A stretch of DNA of 59,379 bases, counting the filler, from Sphacelaria rigidula (lineage: Eukaryota), in NCBI GenBank assembly GCA_964200075.2. It is 7 parts of 7 records of this genome, joined end to end, with 100 filler letters (N's around TTAATTAATTAA, not from the genome) between each part and the next. Parts side by side here need not be neighbours in the genome. Positions count along the whole stretch, not along the records: positions 50,984 to 59,379 come from CAXNAA020011287.1; 6 more parts are not named here. One strand, written 5' to 3'. A program made the position numbers and the translations under genes. This document shows, piece after piece, positions 52,109 to 59,379 of the stretch (its first letter is position 1; each line of letters starts with the position of its first letter). The notes under the pieces were generated by a model. The model was not told where the DNA came from. It made no database searches and was given only the letters and a program-made list of their open reading frames with translations.

Positions 52109-55100
52109 ATGCCTTCCCCCAAGACTTGTGCTGCCCCAGCGTTGGCCTCACCAGCCGGGCCCGCAAGTGGCAACAACAAGCCCTGGGCGACGGCTGCCTC
52201 CGATGGCTTGGCGAAAATCCTCCAAGAACACTTTGAGGGGCTGCATCAAATGAAACTTGGCAACATCGCATGCACGCAGATGGTTCGTGCTGTGAGCGAC
52301 GCGGGCGTTCACACTGTTGTCGACTCCATCCGTACGACCGGCTGGCTCGACCAGTTTGCTCCGTCGATCGTCATCCCGCGAGAAGCTGTGCGCGACGGCG
52401 AGCCGCTGACGGCCGAAATTATGCGCGAAACGAAGGGTCGCGTACTCGATGGCTACCACCGTGTGACGGCCCTGAAGGAAGAGTTCGGCGATGAGGACAT
52501 GTTTCTCATTCGAGTCTACCGTGAGTTTGCGGACCGTACTCAGGAGAAGATCATCGCCAACTGTGAGTGAGTGCGTCTGTGTGTATGTGTGCCTGTGTGT
52601 CTCTGTGTATGTATGTATGTATGTATGTGTGTCTGTGTGTCTGTGTCTGTGTGTCTGTATCTGTGTCTGTGCTTGTGTTTGTTGTCATCCCATTCATTCT
52701 GGACGCCAGTATACACCTTTCACTATATGTGTGGTATATGTGGGCATTATTGTCAGTCATTTCGAAGTCAAACACAAAATATGAGAACATATAAAATATA
52801 ATTTAAATTATTTAGGCACTAAATTATTGGTTGGTTGGGATTGAATGGATGGTTGGTTGGATGGTTGAAAATTGCGATGGTAACATATACATAATAGAAT
52901 TAAAAGCAATTAAGTCATTGGTTGGTTGGTTGGTTGGTTGTATTTATTTTTTGGACAAGGGAAAGACAAAAACAATATGGATCGAAAAATAAAATAAACC
53001 TTTGGGAACTCAGTGTTGATTTTGGTCATTGTGAATCGGCATCAATTTGATTTGGAAATGACCGCAAATGATGCCAATCCAAAAACACAAAAATCAGCAC
53101 TGGGCTCCCCAAAAGTTAATAAACTCGGCAGTTCTTACGATCAGACTAGCGGCTTGCGAAGAGTTCCGACAGAAAAGAAATGAACAGACCAGCGATCCTT
53201 CACAGAACAGGACCGGACGTGTATATTTTGTCGATCCCAGTGAAATCCGTAATCGTACGCGAACGAGCGGCCCGTGTACTTGGTCAACGGATCTCCCATC
53301 AACGGAGTCTGTGCTTAGATCCGATGTGCTTCTTGAGTTCCCTGGCGACCTCGCAGGCGCCGTCGTCGTCGGACCCTAACAGCACCCACGAGGATGGTGC
53401 GATGACTCCGACCACGCCTCGGGGCAGATATTTGTAGCCTTGTGATTTGAGGTCGTCCTTAACGGAGTATCCGTTCTCGACTACTACAGAAGCTGATTTT
53501 TCGGGAACGCTGATGAAGATGTGTTGGGCCGACATATAAAAGTGCTGAACTTTTATGGTTGTGTTGGGGTAGGAAATGAATGGTGGAGGAGGGCTTGGCG
53601 TGAGGTAGTACAGTGTCGTTTCTTCTGCGTCTTAGATATTACGTCAGTTTGACAATGAAATTAGCTCGAGAGACAAAATAGAGGTCGGGTGAAATGTGCC
53701 TGAAAAAAGGGGGGAAATGACGCCATGATAACCCATTAGGCGTCGCTTTTCTAGGCAGATTGAACGTAAATTTGAAATTAGCTGAAGAGCTCGTGCGTGA
53801 AGCCGTTGTATATACGGGTAGTGTGTGGAAAATGCAACGTATGTAATCTGCAGAAAATACTAGGGAAATTCTACGGATTCACCGACAAGAGCGAGCGGGG
53901 AGTAGCATTTGAAGAATAGCCGATCAGCACGACTGTATATAGCGGCTGTTCACGACGTCTCGACCGAGAAATGCAATTTATCGAAATCTGCACCAAAAAA
54001 TAGGAATAAAATGGCGGTTTGTCCGAGAAATGCAACGTATCGAGATCCGCACCAAAAAATAGGAATAAATTTTTAATTTACCGATTCGCCGATTCGAACG
54101 AGCTGGGAGTAAAATTAGACAAATCAGTCGATGAGCACGATCATATACTCGTAGCGGCTGTAGACGTCGGGACGTCGGTGAAGTTCAACCTCTGAAAATA
54201 TCCACGATGAAAGAGACGGCTCATCCGAGAAATGCAACGTATCGAGATCTGCACCAAAAAACGGGAATAAATTTGAAGTCACCATAATTCGCCGATTGTG
54301 ACGAGCGGGGTGTAAAATTTGACAAATAGTCAGCCGATGAGCACGATCGTATAGCGACTGTAGACGCTGGGTCGTCCGTGGAATTACAAAAAAATGCAGG
54401 TGATGAGGAATGGCATGCCAATGCTGTCGGGTCGTCCGTCGAAATCAACGTACCAATTTATTACTTTTATGTCGGGTAAAATCCGCTGGGTAAAATAATG
54501 TTGGATCCGTCGATTTGACCGATGAGCACGAATGGGTAGAAATAGAGCCTTGGATTGATGTTAGAGGCGCCAAGCGATGAGGTATATCAAATTAGCGTTG
54601 GAGGCGGCAGATGGCAGTCGGGAATTATGACTCAAGACTACGGACAGGGCGATCCGTTATGAAGAATTTACAGGGGCGATACGGTATGTTCTCCTATTAT
54701 CTACCTTACTGTGTTTGGGATCCCCCCACCTTGCTGTGTTTGGGACCCACCTTAGAGTCATCAGTCCATTAGGGCTTCCATGGTACGAGCTATGAGTCCG
54801 CTGAGAGAGGGCGGGGTTTTGACGTATGTCTGAGAAACGCCAGTAGGATATTTTGCAACACCAACTAAATTCAAGAACAGATTTTTCAGGACGAGGGGAC
54901 GAAAATTTCACGATGTTTGGTTCATGGATTATTGAATTTTATTGTAAGGGCAAGGCAAAGACAATCTGTTGGATGGATGGTTGGATGGTTGGATGGATTT
55001 TATTTTTTGGACAAGGGAAGGACAAAATGATGCAGATTCACAAAAACAACAAAACAGCACTGGGTTCAGTACAGCATGCTGTTTTGGGAGCGTGTGCTGC

Positions 55101-58100
55101 ATGCACTTGCCATCAGAACCGTCAGAAATCAAGGGAAATTTATCGGGAAAATTCTTGTGAGTACAACACAGTCATTTCTCCGACATGCAACAGGTCCTGT
55201 ACAGTAACACTTTCTGTACTGTAGTGTGACTGACGGTGATGGGTGCTTGTGCTTCCTGTTTCGGACAGTACGTTCGCCAGACCCCGGACTGCGCGACGCT
55301 CTCCCTTGCCACGAATGAGCGCTCACTGGGTCAATGGGTGAACTGTTCACTTCCTGAACAGAACTACCGTGGACTGTGTAACACCCGTACCGCCCGCGAA
55401 CTTTGTGCACTTGCCCTCGCTCTCTTCTAACGCCCCTGAAACAACCCAGCATTCAACGATGCGACGGAGAGTGTCCTAGAACGCAGCATCTACGACAGGA
55501 TATATTTTCAGAATGAGCTGCACAAGACTGTCATGGATCAGACTGGGAAGCGTGACGTGTCCATTGCCGCTTTGCAGAAGATGTACGAGAAGGTGCTACT
55601 TATGTGCTTTAACAATTGTGCTTTTCCTTTAGACAACAAAGACGTTGGCCGTATCTTCGCCTTTGGTAGTGCAAGAGTGTACGTCGCCCCCTGATTAGTG
55701 GCTGGAAGCAAACACGTCCCACAACACGATCACGTGACAGTTTCTTCAAGGCTGCCCGCGAAGTACAGTAAACACAGGACAAAAGTAAATACAGTCAATA
55801 CCGTTTGTGACGCCGTCAGTTTCGGTTCAATGATAGTGCTGAAATCTCCGCCTCTCTCCCCCTCCCTCCCCCGACCCCCACACCACTCTCTCTATCTTCT
55901 TCCCGCTCTTCGCTCTTTTGGCTGATGTGACGCCGGTGGACTGTTACAGGTGGGTCTTGTGGCGCCTCCTAGGACTACAGTGCGGAACTAGACCATAGTC
56001 GTCAAAAACCTTCATCAGGAGTCGTTCGATGTGCTGGGAAAATTGTGCGAAGACAGATGGGGGAAAGTGGACGCGAACGCCATCACCCTCTCATACCTCA
56101 CCCGTCCTGAGTTTGGAAATTTCAGCGCAGAGAAGCAGGGAATGTGCCTTCGTCTCCTCGCGAGGCAAGACTTAGAGTGTGGCAGACGACATATGAAAAT
56201 GTGATTTGTGTTTAACCTCGCCTTGTACTTGAACCTATTTAGTTGGTGTTCAACGATGGTGTGAGGCGCCGCTCCAACTGCACCCTGCCAGATACCCTGC
56301 GCACAGGCAAGAGCACCTATGCTTTTGCCCGTTACGCATTTTTCTGTTCGGAATTATGCGTTTTGGTATATTGTTAATGGTCATCATGTTTGCTTGCACT
56401 GTGGCTCTGTTGCTTTGCAGTTTGCTTCCGCAGTACAATTTTCAGTGCTCAATACAGTTTTCCATTTCTGAAGTATCACTATGGTACAGCGCAAAGTGGT
56501 GGTGTATTGCGGAGTGTGCGAATGGTTTTTGCTCCGGAGCATATATACTGTTGTATGGTCAAGTGGAATTTCAGCTGTGATTAACGGTACTGTACCGTCA
56601 CCGCGGGGTCATCGTGCAAACCTTAACTGTCTGCTGTGGTGTCATTTCTCGGGCAATAGACAACCCTTGATACTTGGATATTCATGCCCATTTGTCCCCC
56701 TACTTCGCCAGGTACAAGTCGGAGTGCAAGAAGGCTCCCCCGCCGGAGTGTTTCTCGGGCATCTACCAACACGCTGAAATATCTGCCACGCTGATTCTGA
56801 GCATTAGGGGAATTGTTCCCCAGGGCGAGTGGACCAATCGTCTCACGAAGTTAGTACATGGCTTGCCTACAGTGGCACTATGAGAGTGGACGTGTATATT
56901 TTGAGATGGTGTGTGTCTTTCCTTGCGTTCTCCCTCACCCCGGTCCCCCGGAAACACGCAATTTTGGAAATCGAGGATGAGGTTTTTGTTGAGGATGAAC
57001 CTTGGAAACCTTCATAGACATCGAAACGTTTTCGAAATAAAAATATATCGGCACTCTCCCGCGGTCATGTGTGGCGTCGCTTACGCTAGAAACGAGGATC
57101 ATCCGGAATGAGTAAAGTCCAGTGTTTTTTAGGAGAATCTGAAAAATCAGCACTTTTTTTTGTACCGGCATGACCGGAGGACGTGTTTGGTGCCGTATAA
57201 ACATCGGGTTTCACGAATTGCAGATGCGGCTTTTTGAGGATGAACGCGGCGACACATTACAGCCGGAGAGTGTGGGTGTCTTTATATTCGGAAAATAGTT
57301 CGAGGCTTGTGAACGTTACCAAGGGCGATCCTCAACAATAAACCCCTCCTCAATGTTTGAAACCGCGTGCTCAGACGTGTGCATTGTTTTCCGAGTATAC
57401 TCGTAGCCGTTGTTGAATGGTGTCGGTTGCTGATGCCTGCCTCTTCCTCGCGGCACGCTACGTGAATATATCCGACTGACATGTAGTGAATGGCGCGTGT
57501 GCTATACTGCTGCCTGCCAACCGGGCCCCAGGGAGATTAACAAGCTCGCTTTCGAGTCGTACAGCAGCTACGGAACGTGGGTCCAGCCCCATTTCGAAGA
57601 ACTGAAGGAGGAAGTAGACGCGCTCGTGAAGAAAATAGCTCCGGGCGACAAAACAGTTTCGAGCGACAAGAAGAAGAAGGAGATAGACGAGCTGGAGGGT
57701 ACGATTAAAGCGGTTGTTGCCTGCAAGCCCATGCATCGTGTCAGAAAGGTATCATACGCATTCATCTCCTTCGGTTCGAACTGCGCATGCATGTGCGTCT
57801 ACCGCATTTTCAAATCAGGCACCACGGTCTGCCGCATGTGGCGAGGAACCTTCCGCCGCCCCCGCTTTCACGTGCTGTTCCCTCTCCGATCCATCAGCAT
57901 TCCCCCCCTGTCCCGACGACTGTATAACATGCCCGGACAGGTGCTGCAGAAAGACCCCAAACTGCGCACGTACCTGGCCACGTGGGATGGAAAATACCAG
58001 GACATCATAAACAGAGTCGACCTAGTCCACGCCCACAACGCCATGCAAGCCGATGATGATGGCAGCATCCACGAGTCGGACACCGGGAGTGGCAGTGAAG

Positions 58101-59052
58101 ACGATGGCGAAGACGACCCCGGCAGCGGTGGGGGCGGGGGCGGGGGCGGGGGCGAGGGTGAGGGCGGGCAGGGCAACGGGGACGATAAGGACGAAAATGG
58201 TGGTAACGACAAAGAAGACGGGAACAACGAACCGCACGACGACGACGACGACGACGACACAGACGCCGGCGGTATCTTGGACAACCTGCCCGACAATCCC
58301 CATGACGAGATCAGCGGAGGCAAGGGGAAGGAGAAAGCCAATAAGGGAAAGGAGAAGGGGAACGGGAAAATTATATCGCTTGCGGTTACCTCCTGCTCAA
58401 GCCCTCCTCCTCCAACCGCGAAGCGGCGGACATGGAGTTGTGCAGGTGATTGCATGCCGTTCTGTGGTCGCGTGTTGCTCCGTTCGGGACCGTTCGTGCG
58501 CGATTTCGGGTGTGCTTGGTGGAATTGTGGGGCACCCTCGATCTATCCCGCTATCTATGGAGGGAAATATTGGAGCATGTGATGTGTTTCGTTTATATTC
58601 ATTTACTATATACAACTTGTGGCCCTGTGCATACACCAGACAAATGGAGATAACGCGTATTTACATCGACTGTATTGTCTTCGTGTCTATGGGCAATCAT
58701 TTGAGCAATCGAGTGATCCGCAATGCTCTCGCTCCTTTGGCCTGTGTACACGCATGTGTTGATGCTGTGTTGTTGTCCTGTCGTGGCAGGAGCGAGAATG
58801 CCGTGTTGCACAGCGTACGCCCCCTTGACCCTACCACCACGTCTTCGCAGCGGGAAAGCTTGAGTGTCGCCGACCCGCCAATGCTTATCGTCGTCTCCAT
58901 CGGCGCCGAACCTAGGCTCCTCAAGAACGAGGAGTCAGTGAACGCCCACCTGACGTGGGTCATGCGTCAAACCCACAGCCTGCTCCATCCTAAAGGCACT
59001 ATGGTCTTCTTCGTGCCAAAGCCCTGGCCCCTACATATGCACCGTCTGCAAG
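52109..59052 (+). pseudogene. Spliced gene encoding ParB/Sulfiredoxin domain + HTH-like region + acidic linker + putative beta-class N6A/N4C DNA methyltransferase; one in-frame TAG; 3'-partial. Exons 52109-52562, 55450-55592, 55950-56164, 56712-56849, 57224-57271 (tentative), 57532-57748, 57941-~58500 (end unresolved), 58790-59052
   Basis: ParB signature VVDSIRTTGWLD..PSIVI..VLDGYHRVTALKE..IIANSFN. The exon chain is phase-compatible (one GC donor at 56165). TAG at 55989-55991. GDCM, DPPM and LLHPKGTMVFF motifs lie downstream. Confidence 0.65.
53960..54370. repeat. Degenerate tandem repeats within intron 1 of the ParB gene
   Basis: CCGAGAAATGCAA..TATCGA.ATC.GCACCAAAAAA..GGAATAAA occurs near 53964, 54023 and 54225. 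Confidence 0.8.
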
Positions 59053-59379
59053 GTGCGTGCAAACACGGCTCGTAGTCACGCCGATACATGTTTTGCTGCC
59101 GATGTCGAACCGCAGTACAGTACCTCCGGCAGTATTATCGTGGCCTTTTTTCGCCCGCTTCGTTCATTATGTTTGCTGCAACGCTCCAACTGGACATCCG
59201 CCCGCGCGTCAACTTCCTTGTTGCGTTGATCATAATGTAGCGGTTGTTGCATCGATACACGTGAGGTTAGTGCTGGAGGATGAGGTGCTTGTTGTGACGT
59301 ACAAGACGAGAGGGGGGTGTACTCATGATCATGCTTGCCATAGTCATAAGACCATTGACCTCGCATCCCTACAAAGCCG

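Noticed and set aside
58053-58780. Thr/Ala-rich 5' part of the 340-aa ORF, and antisense ORFs over the acidic exon
   Set aside because: These are alternate-frame shadows of low-complexity coding sequence. Only 58790-59052 looks like a real exon in that frame.

Overview
This is eukaryotic DNA, intron-rich and repeat-rich, and most consistent with a brown alga or related stramenopile (inferred from gene structure and repeat content, not from a database hit). It is not one locus. Six artificial 100-nt spacers (N44-TTAATTAATTAA-N44) join seven contigs of 8398, 8398, 8397, 8397, 8397, 8396 and 8396 bp, i.e. size-sorted unplaced contigs, so adjacency across spacers means nothing. Genes I could splice by hand: part of an Aa_trans amino-acid transporter; an RRP6-like DEDDy exonuclease/HRDC protein with an unusual C-terminal tail anchor; a complete RPS16 whose first intron holds paralogous C/D-box snoRNA candidates; and a multi-exon gene encoding a prokaryote/phage-style ParB/Srx domain, an HTH-like segment and a putative beta-class amino-DNA methyltransferase (one in-frame stop, truncated at the contig end). 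That last gene is the most interesting. The remainder is a decayed Copia, an RT-deleted Gypsy, Tc1/mariner pieces, MITEs, a tRNA-derived SINE, a long hairpin and a G-run-associated short repeat family with signs of conserved RNA structure.
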